Shown: piece after piece, positions 1-9,375 of the stretch
Numbering within the stretch: position 1 is the stretch's first letter
How the letters are laid out: the number at the start of each line of letters is the position of its first letter
From: a virus
UHGV virus genome: UHGV-0038496
Strand: one strand, 5' to 3'
Length of the DNA: 64,000 nucleotides
The notes under the pieces: model-generated
What the model was told of the DNA's origin: nothing
The model's input: only the letters and a program-made list of their open reading frames with translations
Databases searched by the model: none
Program-made: the position numbers and the translations under genes

Positions 1-504
1 TACAACCTGTGAACGTTTCTTAGGCCACCCAATGGTGAAAGTTTGGGTATCCGCTAAATAAACAATGTTGCATTGTTCATCGTTTATAGCCACTTTTTTA
101 GGCATTCCAACAGGATCCCACAAATAACCTTCTGCCACGGAAACTTTGAAAGCAGCATCTACTTCTTTAAACACTGACGGGGTAAGTGTGATATGAGCAT
201 CACCACTTTGCAGTGTTAAAGTGCTTTCATCAAGTTTCTCTGTGAAAAACAGAAGAACTGTACCCATACGGATGGTGGAGGCTTTCGTGTCGATTGGCAA
301 TCCAGTTTGTTCTGCAATCTGTTCGAAGAAATCCACAATTGTTCTGCATGGGAAGTGTTTTTCACCAACAACAAATTCGGTTGGTGGTAATAACGCAGAC
401 AGGCCTACATTGATTTCTGGATTGGCTTCTGCCAGAAATTCGTAGAAGTCTACCTGGTTATTGAAAATCCGTAATCTCGGATCATATTCAACTGGATAGA
501 ACAC
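1..504 (-). CDS. hypothetical protein, 3' end beyond window (head module, downstream of major capsid gene)
   Basis: Open frame from GTG at 504 to window edge, no stops; GGAG 6 nt upstream of GTG; not in ORF track because partial. Confidence 0.4.
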   Translation of the reverse strand, partial: MFYPVEYDPRLRIFNNQVDFYEFLAEANPEINVGLSALLPPTEFVVGEKHFPCRTIVDFFEQIAEQTGLPIDTKASTIRMGTVLLFFTEKLDESTLTLQSGDAHITLTPSVFKEVDAAFKVSVAEGYLWDPVGMPKKVAINDEQCNIVYLADTQTFTIGWPKKRSQVV

Positions 505-526
505 AAGAGTCTCCTTATAGCCCTAA

Positions 527-560
527 AACAAGAAAGGGGAGAGGGTCCCCCCTCCCCCCT
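527..560 (-). terminator. rho-independent terminator after major capsid gene
   Basis: GC-rich hairpin GGGGAGGGG...CCCTCTCCCC followed on minus strand by TTTCTTGTTTT. Confidence 0.55.
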
Positions 561-585
561 TCGAGGTTAGTCACCGATGTGACGA

Positions 586-1593
586 TTATTCACCTGCAAG
601 AGTGACTTTAACAACCAGTTCAGGACGGGTGTTAACAGCCAACATAGAGGTTTCAGACTCAACTTTTTCTTCACGCAGATAAGCGGAGTGTTTGTACCAC
701 ATGTACAATTCTTGTGCCGGAGCATTTGCTTCTTGCAGGTCATCTGCCGGAGCAAAGTGCAGCTGGAACATAGAATCGACACCCATCGGTACTAAACGTG
801 CTTCTTTTGCCGGGATGTTGCCGGAGATATCTTCGATGAAGGTCATACCTTTGTGTTCAAATACACGGTAGACTGAGTTTTCACCGCCAGCACCCAGACG
901 GCGACGCAGAGGTTCCTGTTGAGAGCCGTAGTAGGTGTAAGCCAGTTCTACCAGCGGATGATGAACCAGTGCACTGAAGAATTCAGGAGAGCACAGGCAG
1001 ATAATGCGGTATGCACCAGCATTGTCACCAGCTTGCAGAGCAATGTGCAGACGGCCTTCTTCGATGACTTCCATCGGGTCCTGAGCAGCATCAGCCGGAT
1101 CGATTTCGATAGCTTTCTGTTCTACGCCCCACAAGGTGTAGTAGTTGTACTGGCAGGTTGCATCGCCAGGAGCATAGGATTGACCCATGATAGCAGCAAA
1201 CAGTGCTTTTTCACGCAGTGCTTCATGAGAAATACGAATGCGACGAACTACACGGGTTACAACGTCTTCTACAGTTTTCGGAGCATCCGGGCTGAAATAA
1301 CGACGGAAGTTCTGAACGTCAGCAGCAGTGATACCTTTGTCGAGAGGGAAAAAAGGTATGTTCAAATTTTTAATCTGTGCACGTTCACTTCCGACGTAGT
1401 TTCTTTCGCCACCACGACGACGAGCAGGAATATCTGCTACAACTTCGTCAACGCGTTCGATTTGTGCGATGGTAGAAGTACCCAGGTGGGTTTCAAAAAG
1501 GTTCATGCCAGTGATCAGACGGAATTGGCGTGGAACCAGTTCAAGAGTTGCACCCAGGTCAACAATACCAAAATCATCTTTACGAGTGATCAT
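586..1593 (-). CDS. major capsid protein
   Basis: 335 aa ORF at end of portal-protease-scaffold-capsid order; size and position like lambda E-type capsid proteins; followed by strong terminator. Confidence 0.55.
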   Translation of the reverse strand: MITRKDDFGIVDLGATLELVPRQFRLITGMNLFETHLGTSTIAQIERVDEVVADIPARRRGGERNYVGSERAQIKNLNIPFFPLDKGITAADVQNFRRYFSPDAPKTVEDVVTRVVRRIRISHEALREKALFAAIMGQSYAPGDATCQYNYYTLWGVEQKAIEIDPADAAQDPMEVIEEGRLHIALQAGDNAGAYRIICLCSPEFFSALVHHPLVELAYTYYGSQQEPLRRRLGAGGENSVYRVFEHKGMTFIEDISGNIPAKEARLVPMGVDSMFQLHFAPADDLQEANAPAQELYMWYKHSAYLREEKVESETSMLAVNTRPELVVKVTLAGE

Positions 1594-1616
1594 TATTTTC
1601 TCCAGTATCAGTAAAA

Positions 1617-1994
1617 TTATTCTTGAACTTTGTTACCACGAGCTTCAAGAGCTTCTAAAACAGCTTTAGGAGCTTGTACACCGCCAGCGATAACCAGATG
1701 TTCTTTTGCAAAGGTAACGCCGCGAACAGCAACAACTAGTTTATATTTTTGACCAACAGTCAGCGGTTCAGCGAGGTTTACACGACCGCAGTCATCAGGC
1801 AGTAAAGCACGGTCTACCAGAACACCGAATGCATCAGAGCCATTTGCGTTAGCCAGAGCACCAGTAGCGGTAACTACAGCACCTGCTACATGGTCAGCAG
1901 TCAGTTGGATTTCGATTTCTTTAAAGTTGAAGCCAGCATCGCTTGCATCTACTTTGCCGAGCACGATATCAGAATATTGAGTGGTGATCATCAT
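1617..1994 (-). CDS. hypothetical head protein (possible decoration/auxiliary capsid protein)
   Basis: 125 aa Ala/Gly/Val-rich ORF between scaffold and capsid genes; assignment by position only. Confidence 0.3.
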   Translation of the reverse strand: MMITTQYSDIVLGKVDASDAGFNFKEIEIQLTADHVAGAVVTATGALANANGSDAFGVLVDRALLPDDCGRVNLAEPLTVGQKYKLVVAVRGVTFAKEHLVIAGGVQAPKAVLEALEARGNKVQE

Positions 1995-2006
1995 TTTCCC
2001 CTTGAA

Positions 2007-3062
2007 TTATTTGTTAGCTTTTGCAGCGAGAGCTTTCGCTACGTTTTCTGCAAGGATTTCTTCTGCGGATTTTTGAACATCATCCACAGTAGGTTCGCCG
2101 TCTTTACCGTGTTCGGCGGTTGCGAATTCTTCTTTGGTTTTTTCGACTTCGGTTTCAAGTTCAGCAATACGTGCCTGAGCTTTTTCAAGAAGTGCGACAA
2201 CTGCTTCATTAGCTTTTTCTAACATGAAGTCAACCAGCATTTCGTGATCTTCTTCAGTTACAAAGCTAAAAGATTTAGCTTTTTCAAGCATTTCTGCTTT
2301 TTTGAGTTCAACCTGAGCTTTGATGATTGCATCGGCTTCTGCTTGTTTAGCCTGCAATTCTTCAAATTGTTTCAACAGGTCAATGTACTCTTGAGATTTA
2401 GTTACATCTTCCACCGTATTCCCCTCGATATTTGCGGGTTCATTGTTATCAGTATTATCTGGGGTGTTTTCTGGAACTTCTTCCACAGAGTCAACTGGAA
2501 CTACTTCTTCAGGTACAGGTTCCGGTTTCGGCTCTGGTTGAGGTTCAGGTTCCACCACAGGTTCTACTGGGTCTTCGACCGCTTTAATAAGGTTCCCTTC
2601 TGCATCGAAGAGATCAGCGGTTACTTCCTCGAACTTCTGCTGTGCTTTCAGAAGCTCATATTGTTCGACTAAAGTAAGGTCTTTACCTTCCTGAGCAGCT
2701 TTGTGGAGCGTGACAGTGGAGTTTTCTTCTTCCAGCCATTCACGAACCATTTCAGCGTCGGCTTGCGCCCAATCATTGTCTGGGTGTTCTCTAGCGAAGG
2801 CTTCCTCTTCGATTTCAAACCCCAGTAGTGCAGCTAATTTTTTAGCATCATAGGACCACAAACCGAAGAATCTCATGAGGTATTCTTCAAAACTAAGATC
2901 CACCGTGACTTGACGCAGAGCTTTGACGATATCATCCGTCAGTTGTTCTGGTTCAAGATCACTTTTCATCAGCAAAGAGATTGGGCGTTTATTAGCACTG
3001 AAGCCTTGTGCTTCATGGCACAGTGCAATGCCTTTCTCTTGAATTTTGATGGTGTCTGCCAT
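2007..3062 (-). CDS. putative scaffolding protein
   Basis: 351 aa, very acidic, coiled-coil-like, PEPEPQPEPKPEP low-complexity tract; located between protease-like and capsid genes. Confidence 0.45.
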   Translation of the reverse strand: MADTIKIQEKGIALCHEAQGFSANKRPISLLMKSDLEPEQLTDDIVKALRQVTVDLSFEEYLMRFFGLWSYDAKKLAALLGFEIEEEAFAREHPDNDWAQADAEMVREWLEEENSTVTLHKAAQEGKDLTLVEQYELLKAQQKFEEVTADLFDAEGNLIKAVEDPVEPVVEPEPQPEPKPEPVPEEVVPVDSVEEVPENTPDNTDNNEPANIEGNTVEDVTKSQEYIDLLKQFEELQAKQAEADAIIKAQVELKKAEMLEKAKSFSFVTEEDHEMLVDFMLEKANEAVVALLEKAQARIAELETEVEKTKEEFATAEHGKDGEPTVDDVQKSAEEILAENVAKALAAKANK

Positions 3063-3490
3063 TATTCATCGCCCTCTTCATTTTCCACGATTGTGGCCCC
3101 GAAATTGATATCTGTAATCTCACCTGTCTCTTCGTCAACATGACCTGTGCACTGGATGCTTAAGCCACCGACAATGCCAGCTTTCTTAGCTTCCCACAAG
3201 GCTTCGTTGTTGTATTTGACTTTGGCGACCCATGAGCCAGCCTTGATAGGCTGTCCCGTTTCTGCAACAATCACATCGAATTCTTCCTGAATCCAGGTTT
3301 TTTCGATAGTGAATGCGTTGGTGGAGGTGAGATGGAAAAGGTTTTCTCTGGCGATGCCAGCGGCGTATGCCATATCCCAGCTCTCTTTCGCTTTGCGAAG
3401 AGTTTCTTCGGTCATCCATTCGCCGTGAGCATCTTTGGTGTTTGGTTCGTAGATGATCTCGTACGAAATCATCTCTTCAGTTGTAGACAT
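3062..3490 (-). CDS. hypothetical protein (candidate head maturation protease)
   Basis: 142 aa ORF immediately downstream of portal; position typical of prohead protease; no catalytic motif confidently recognised. Confidence 0.3.
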   Translation of the reverse strand: MSTTEEMISYEIIYEPNTKDAHGEWMTEETLRKAKESWDMAYAAGIARENLFHLTSTNAFTIEKTWIQEEFDVIVAETGQPIKAGSWVAKVKYNNEALWEAKKAGIVGGLSIQCTGHVDEETGEITDINFGATIVENEEGDE

Positions 3491-3556
3491 TTTTACCTCA
3501 TGTAAACTATTCTACCACACTGCAAATTAAAATGCAACCCTGTTTATGAAAATTTT

Positions 3557-5116
3557 TTAATTTTCCATATTTGATACAGAATTATCGCGTGTGGATGACA
3601 TTCTGGACGTGCCATTACCGTTGGTCCCCGCTGCCATACCGTCACCTGACCGACTTACATTCTGACCCAGTATTTGCATTAACTCTTCATTATCAATATC
3701 CTCTTCGACACGGTAGTCAAAACCACCAACTTCAAGGATTTTATTGATAACGCCTGGAGTTTTAGGCAGATAACCAACTGCACCGATACGCTGTACGAAT
3801 TTGGAGAACTCTTCCATGTCAACTTTTTCAGTCAACCCTGGTTTGAGTTTCGGCATATCCTCGTTGGAGAGGTAGATACCGTTCAGCGCCAGCATCTGAG
3901 GAATGAAGTCTTTGTTGAAAGCCTCAACAATAATGTCAATATCACGGTTAACGAAGTGACCATGTAAGGACTGTTTGGACTCAGACAACGAATAAGAACC
4001 AACGTTGTCGTTACCCAAGTTAATGAAACCAGCACCAAATCTATCAAGGATAGCTTTCTTACGTGCATCAACAAGATCTTTGGTGGAGTATTGTTTACCA
4101 GCACCATTGATCCCTTTCAGGTCCATAGAATACTGTTCTTTACCTGATTTATCACGATCCGATGGGAGAATAAAGAAACTCTGTTCACCGGAGTGGGCAT
4201 TTGCAGCATCTGCCATCAGGTTAGCAACCATCTGACCTTCCATAGAGGTGGGGTCGATACTTGCTTTATTCAGAATGTTGGATGGTATTTTCAGCTCAAG
4301 TACACCACCAAGGTCTTTAGAGCAACCAACCACTTCGAGGTTTTCAATCAGCACTTTCTCACGGAAGGATCTGTAACAACCGATCATGGGTGAAACACCT
4401 GCCGGATTGGACTCTGTACCGGAGAGAGTCATGATCATGATTTTCTTAGCAGGAATGAAAATTTCTTCCCCATTGAAGTCTGCCGGGGCAGAAAGCAGTG
4501 GGCCAGCGTATTTACCTTTCTTAGCTCCAGAGAACGCTGCGGGGTCCTGCCATATACCTTCAAGTTTGCGACTGTTTTTATCAAACTGGAACGGGTTACT
4601 GCGGGACAGGCTCGCTTGAGGCCTGAATGCAAACTTGTCGATAACTAATTTACCAGCGTACTCACCTTCCTGTTCACGACGGTAAACTTTCTCAAATACT
4701 GAGAAGCCGTATTCGTTAAAAGTGGCTGCACTTCTTGCGATATCGCGGAGTGTTTGCTGGTTAGCGAGATTACGCAAAGCATAATCAATAAAGGCTGCTG
4801 CTTTCTTAGATTCTTCACTCTCTTCGTTGCAGAGAATTTTGAAATCGTTGAAGGCTTTGGTGATCAGTACGTATTTAGAATCCAGAGCGGTAGCTACTGT
4901 TGAGTCGCATTTCATCGTCTCTACGGTAGCAATAAGGTTGGGCCAACGCAATTCCTCAACCATCATCTGCTGAGATTCAAATTGGATCTGAGCCAGTGCA
5001 CCGGAACCAATCTCTCCCAGACGAACATTATGCACCTGGGCATCTTGATTTCCAGCTTTTTTCACAGCCCTTACTTTGGCTGCTGCGTTGTTTTTCCTAC
5101 GGCTTTTCTTGGACAC
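3557..5116 (-). CDS. portal protein
   Basis: 519 aa ORF directly downstream of terminase large subunit, basic N-terminus and acidic C-terminus; gene order. Confidence 0.55.
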   Translation of the reverse strand: MSKKSRRKNNAAAKVRAVKKAGNQDAQVHNVRLGEIGSGALAQIQFESQQMMVEELRWPNLIATVETMKCDSTVATALDSKYVLITKAFNDFKILCNEESEESKKAAAFIDYALRNLANQQTLRDIARSAATFNEYGFSVFEKVYRREQEGEYAGKLVIDKFAFRPQASLSRSNPFQFDKNSRKLEGIWQDPAAFSGAKKGKYAGPLLSAPADFNGEEIFIPAKKIMIMTLSGTESNPAGVSPMIGCYRSFREKVLIENLEVVGCSKDLGGVLELKIPSNILNKASIDPTSMEGQMVANLMADAANAHSGEQSFFILPSDRDKSGKEQYSMDLKGINGAGKQYSTKDLVDARKKAILDRFGAGFINLGNDNVGSYSLSESKQSLHGHFVNRDIDIIVEAFNKDFIPQMLALNGIYLSNEDMPKLKPGLTEKVDMEEFSKFVQRIGAVGYLPKTPGVINKILEVGGFDYRVEEDIDNEELMQILGQNVSRSGDGMAAGTNGNGTSRMSSTRDNSVSNMEN

Positions 5117-5132
5117 AAGATTACCCTCAAGT

Positions 5133-5164
5133 TAGACAAAAGAAATAGCCCTCCGAAGAGGGCT
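5133..5164 (-). terminator. rho-independent terminator between terL and portal
   Basis: Hairpin AGCCCTCTTCGGAGGGCT followed on minus strand by ATTTCTTTTG; same hairpin sequence reused at 37614 on plus strand. Confidence 0.5.
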
Positions 5165-5216
5165 TAGTTATGCTCTATAGATTATTGTAACACATTCATC
5201 TAAAATTGGCAACTAC

Positions 5217-6021
5217 TTAAATCATCCTCTTATACATAGAGGGTGAAACAATCTTCGGAATAACACATGGCATCGCAACTTCCTCTTTTTCAAGGTAGTT
5301 GATTGCAGAAGCAATGGAGTCGGCCCAGTCATCTTTACGGCTAAAGGTTGACCGTTCGCCGTTGAATTTCTCCAGCTCTGTCAAAAATGCTTCCAGTGTA
5401 TCAGGGTCGAAACTTGACCTGACAAGCCGAACCATACCCTGTTGGGCAAGGTTGGCAAACGGTGAGAAACGGGTGAGTTTTGATTTGTTAGACGGCATTG
5501 GGTCTTCTTCCACCCTGAAACCTCCAGCAAGGAGTTTGCGGGATGAAGTAAGAAACTCACTCTTACCTGCCTGACCGGGGTCCACAGAGAAGACAATCAC
5601 ACAATCTTCACCATCAAACTCTGCCTGTTTCCTGATAATAACATCGCGTTCACCAGCTTTCTTGCAGAACTTACCGCTCAAGCCTGTGGAATACCTGCCA
5701 TCATCTACGTTTTCAGGACAATAGTCACCAGAGATGTAGTAGTAACCATCGCTATCCTTGCTGACTTTGATACTGGCTGTATAGTCGGGGAATTTGTTGC
5801 CAGAGGTACGTTCTGTACCAGCTTTATCCCACGCTCTTACAGAAACTGCTCCTAGGGGGACATGATCCGCATCTTTCAAGAATGTGCGACTGAAATAGTT
5901 TGCGCCTTCCGGTTTAGCGAACCAGTTACCATAGAGAAGTTGTGCTTTTTCCAGTTCTGGCAGACCTTCTAGGAATGCAAGATATTCTGGGTTATCACGC
6001 AAGCAGATAGGGTTATCGTGT
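5217..6021 (-). CDS. terL: terminase large subunit, exon 3 (C-terminal nuclease domain)
   Basis: Frame contains LLYGNWF-type terminase C-terminal motif; upstream boundary set where conserved intron 3' core ends (approximate). Confidence 0.55.
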
Positions 6022-7009
6022 CCTGGTGTTCAGGGCCGGACGCAACTCCGACCCCCGTTGGTTCCATCCACCGCATCCATGCTCGGCTGCATGTTACCAT
6101 GCAGAGCAGACTATATCACGATCCTGTTTCTCACAGGACCCTTCGCTTTTCGAGCACCATCAGCTTGTGCCCTACTCCCTTTCGGGATAGTCGTTGAACT
6201 ACAATTACCAATCATAATTGTTTGAAATGTAAGTATAAGTTTTCCTTTCCTTGATACTTTTCACTGTACGGTGAGAAACCCCCCACAATCTTGCCACCGC
6301 ACCAACGGATAAGCCTTTTTGTAAATCTTCGCAGATACCAATCACCTTGTGCTCACTTATTCTGTTAGCTGAAGGTATTTCCCTAAAGTGAAACTCCGCA
6401 GAGATATCTGGGTATACTGATCCATTCTTTATACCACTTACAAGGGTTTGATTGACACCGAACATCTGACAGATATCTTTTACCCTTGCACCTTGCTCTA
6501 ATAGCCTGCATATTTCAAGGGCAGTGGCATCATCCAAATACCTGTATTTATTTACATAATCTTTTTTAAGTCCAGTTTCATGGGCGTGGTGTGTGTTTTC
6601 CTCTGGGGTTGTCCACTCAAGGTTCCATGCGGCGTTATTCAACTTATTACCGTCCAAGTGATTTACTTGGGTTTTCACGCTAGGATTATCATTATCAACA
6701 AAAACCTCAGCAACAACTCTGTGAACAAGCACTTGGAACTTTTTGCCGTCCTCACACAGGGAAACCACAGCATAGCCTGTCTTTTTATGCGTAACAGGTT
6801 GAAGGAATTTATTAGAATACAAACTATAAATTCTGCCATCATATGTCACGCAATAGTGTGGGTAACCTAAAAATCCTAAATTCTTCATTTCAAACACTCC
6901 CTACTACAGTTTCGGAAGAATAATTATAGCTGCTGATTATCTGAAAGTCAATCAGATTTTCCAGCAATTAACGAAGTTATTCGACGTGCATTACTGCACG
7001 AAGCCACTA
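6022..7009 (-). mobile_element. group I intron A in terL (contains HNH homing endonuclease gene)
   Basis: Separates two in-frame terL fragments; RNA sense has AACGACUAUCCC and GAUAUAGUCUG (S-element-like) plus CUGCAUGG..ACAUGCAG hairpin; core near-identical to nrdD introns; 5' end approximate. Confidence 0.55.
6205..6897 (-). CDS. HNH homing endonuclease (intron-encoded)
   Basis: 230 aa; HRVVAEVFV...NHLDGNKLNN...NLEW HNH motif; lies inside terL intron A. Confidence 0.7.
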   Translation of the reverse strand: MFEMKNLGFLGYPHYCVTYDGRIYSLYSNKFLQPVTHKKTGYAVVSLCEDGKKFQVLVHRVVAEVFVDNDNPSVKTQVNHLDGNKLNNAAWNLEWTTPEENTHHAHETGLKKDYVNKYRYLDDATALEICRLLEQGARVKDICQMFGVNQTLVSGIKNGSVYPDISAEFHFREIPSANRISEHKVIGICEDLQKGLSVGAVARLWGVSHRTVKSIKERKTYTYISNNYDW

Positions 7010-7333
7010 CAGATTAATGGTTGCACCAATAAAGGCGATAGAGAGGGGTTTTGGAACTATCTCAACACCTTTACCGTTAACATACGTGTACTTCTCGATC
7101 AACTCTTCTGGCGTATCGCCGAAGATAAATTCCCCATCCCTACGGATGAAATAACGCTTAACGCCACACTTACTTTCATCGGGGTAGCCTTCGTCATCAA
7201 GCCACCAACGAACAAGTTTGGCTAAATAATGTTCAGAATCGGGGTTACAGCTGATCACCATTCGCGAAGAGTATTTTGATTTCGACCTCATACGGGAAAT
7301 CAGGTAGTCGATTTGCTCCCATTCGAACTGAGT
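7010..7333 (-). CDS. terL: terminase large subunit, exon 2 (boundaries approximate)
   Basis: Frame encodes ...MVISCNPDSEHY... terminase-like segment flanked by intron-like sequence on both sides; true splice donor probably within 7010-7080. Confidence 0.45.
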
Positions 7334-7966
7334 CGTTTGTGTTCAGGCAAGGTCGCTAATCTTGCCCCGCCACCATGTGGCAGCTGCATGTCTCCATGCA
7401 GACCAGACTATATCTTATAAGCGGTAACAACCGCCTATCCTCCCGTTTCGGCAGTCTTAAAAGACTGTGGGTTTCCCCAGCCGCTTGGCCCTAACGCCCG
7501 TAAGCGATAGTCGTTGAGCACACATCCTATCAGGATGCTTCGCTGCGGATTATCTAAATCAACACACTATTACCATACCTTCGGTCTTTCTCCAAAGCCA
7601 ATATTATGTTACCATAATAGATTGGTGGTGTCAATAGTAAAGATTTCCCCGCAATTAGGGAGGTTTTACGAGAGCTACCAACTAACCCTCGTCAAAGCAT
7701 ATTAAAGTATATTCCACTTTTGTCCCGCCGGATCGCTACTCCGACGCGGTGTGCTAAGACACCCGCCACATATTACCATGTGGAACAGACTATCTCTTCC
7801 ATCCTTGGCGTGCCGTTTGGATCACCAATCGCTTGTGATTCTACTCCCCTACACTCATCGGGGATAGTCGTTACACTCGGTTTCAATTAATCCTTTAACC
7901 GTAGCTCGGTATTGTCCTTTTGTCAAGGAGTTTCACCGAATTAGGCACGAAGGGCAGGTTTGTTTA
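7334..7966 (-). mobile_element. group I intron B in terL (ORF-less, duplicated core; possibly two tandem introns)
   Basis: Two copies of the AACGACUAUC(C/G)C ... (A/G)AUAUAGUCUG ... hairpin ... CCUGAACAC core in RNA sense; no credible ORF; boundaries by analogy with nrdD intron 2. Confidence 0.45.
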
Positions 7967-9079
7967 CCCTTGATGATTCAGCTTATCTTGGACGTATTCC
8001 ATGTGGCAGTACTTGATTACCGCACCATCCCTTTTCTTATTCCACTTACCTGTCTTTGCATCGTAATATGGAAAAGTAAACTTATGATCTTTCTCCCTAA
8101 ATTTTGGCCTCATATATTCAGGAAGATCCAGATACACACTTAGTGCTTTAGGCCACAGACCGCCTTCACCTTCCAGTTGTGGGGTTGTCCTACGGAACAT
8201 CACCACAGAGGTGTTTGGGTCATCTATCATCTTTAGTGGGAGAAGCTGCAAAAGAAAGGATTTACCACTGTTGCCTGTCACTGCAATGCAGTTTTCCAGT
8301 CTGGTGATAAAATAGCCTGTTGTGGTAGCAAAACAATATTTGTAACCATCTTCCGGCTCAAACTCTTCGAACGTTGCATCGTTATTAAGAGCAATCGTAC
8401 CTGCACGTTCGTTGGAGAACACAACTTTGTAACCCTTTTCGAAGAAGATCTGTGCATTGAATCCCAGAGATGATCCGAGGTATTGCAAGAAATCAGCCTG
8501 TTCTTTCGTTGGAACAACGTAGACATGCGAGTCATTACCGTTCAGGTAAATCTCATACCAGATCTGCAACAACTGGCGACGATCACAGTTATACCATTCA
8601 TCTGTGAATTTGTAATATCTTGCCTTTTCTTTCAGCTCTTCGTCAGAAATATCAAGGCCAGTACCACCCATGTTCACAAACGTGGTTTGCATACGCATTG
8701 CCAACTCATCGTTAGCATGTTGTTCGGCCACTTCACTGAAACAAAGTGTACCGTAATCTGTTCCGTCTTCTGGTACATACAGGACTGTGTGCTCGTCAGA
8801 CAATTCCTGACAAATACCATCCTGCACAACCCTGGTCAATTTATCGCATTCCAGCTTAACAAACTCTTCAGGCTGGATAAACATAGCCTTACCAGTTTCT
8901 TTATCAAACTGGAGGATATCTTGACCATCCCAGTCTGAGATTCTGATCCAACCGTTAGGTGTCATCACCTCATGTCGCATTGACAAACAACCCGCTGCCC
9001 CACCAATGATCAGGAAGTCGGCATCATTTTCCAGAATCATTTGTTGTTTACGGGAGCATGGGCCATACATTTTAGCCAT
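7967..9079 (-). CDS. terL: terminase large subunit, exon 1 (ATPase N-terminus, contains intein)
   Basis: N-terminus ...FLIIGGAAG then, after 240 aa insert, SGKSFLLQ: restored Walker A GGAAGSGKS; ATG at 9079 overlaps o-spanin stop. Confidence 0.6.
8270..8989 (-). mobile_element. intein inserted in terL Walker A (P-loop)
   Basis: 240 aa in-frame insert starting with Cys (CLSMRHEVMTPNGWIRISD, intein block-A-like) and ending ...IAVTGN before Ser+1; removal restores Walker A. Confidence 0.6.
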
Positions 9080-9375
9080 TAATTCTCCTTATTGAATAAA
9101 GATTTTACATAATCCTGCAAGATGATTAATTTGGCACGATCATTGCTACAGGAGAGATTGTTCTGCCTCATAATTGCAGAGTTCTCCGCATCTGGTGCAC
9201 CTTTCACCAGAGGGATAGCTTTTGCTGGTGGGATCATAGCTGCCGCAGGAGCCTCTACAGCGAGTTGTTCAACTTTCTGCGGTGCAACTGTGACTGTCGT
9301 ATTTTTAGGTGAGCTACAACCTACCAAGGACATAGAAAACGTAAGTGCAATAGCTAATGCAAGTAACCACCTCAT
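9079..9375 (-). CDS. putative o-spanin (outer-membrane lipoprotein)
   Basis: 98 aa; signal peptide with lipobox LVGC; overlaps upstream i-spanin-like gene. Confidence 0.45.
   Translation of the reverse strand: MRWLLALAIALTFSMSLVGCSSPKNTTVTVAPQKVEQLAVEAPAAAMIPPAKAIPLVKGAPDAENSAIMRQNNLSCSNDRAKLIILQDYVKSLFNKEN

Noticed and set aside
919-1614. 231-aa plus-strand ORF antisense to the major capsid gene (similar antisense ORFs at 2244-2672 and 8483-8938)
   Set aside because: Fully overlaps well-supported minus-strand structural genes and has low-complexity, Cys/Phe-rich translations typical of antisense frames
586-5116. Identification of the phage as T5 itself
   Set aside because: DnaA-box/repeat region, HAD nucleotidase, FEN-like nuclease and HNH load are T5-like, but the head module has a separate scaffold gene and a 335-aa capsid protein rather than a 458-aa capsid-scaffold fusion; taxonomy left open
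7514-7705. 63-aa plus-strand ORF inside the terminase intron region
   Set aside because: Lies antisense within intron B, has no ribosome-binding site and overlaps conserved intron core sequence; treated as spurious
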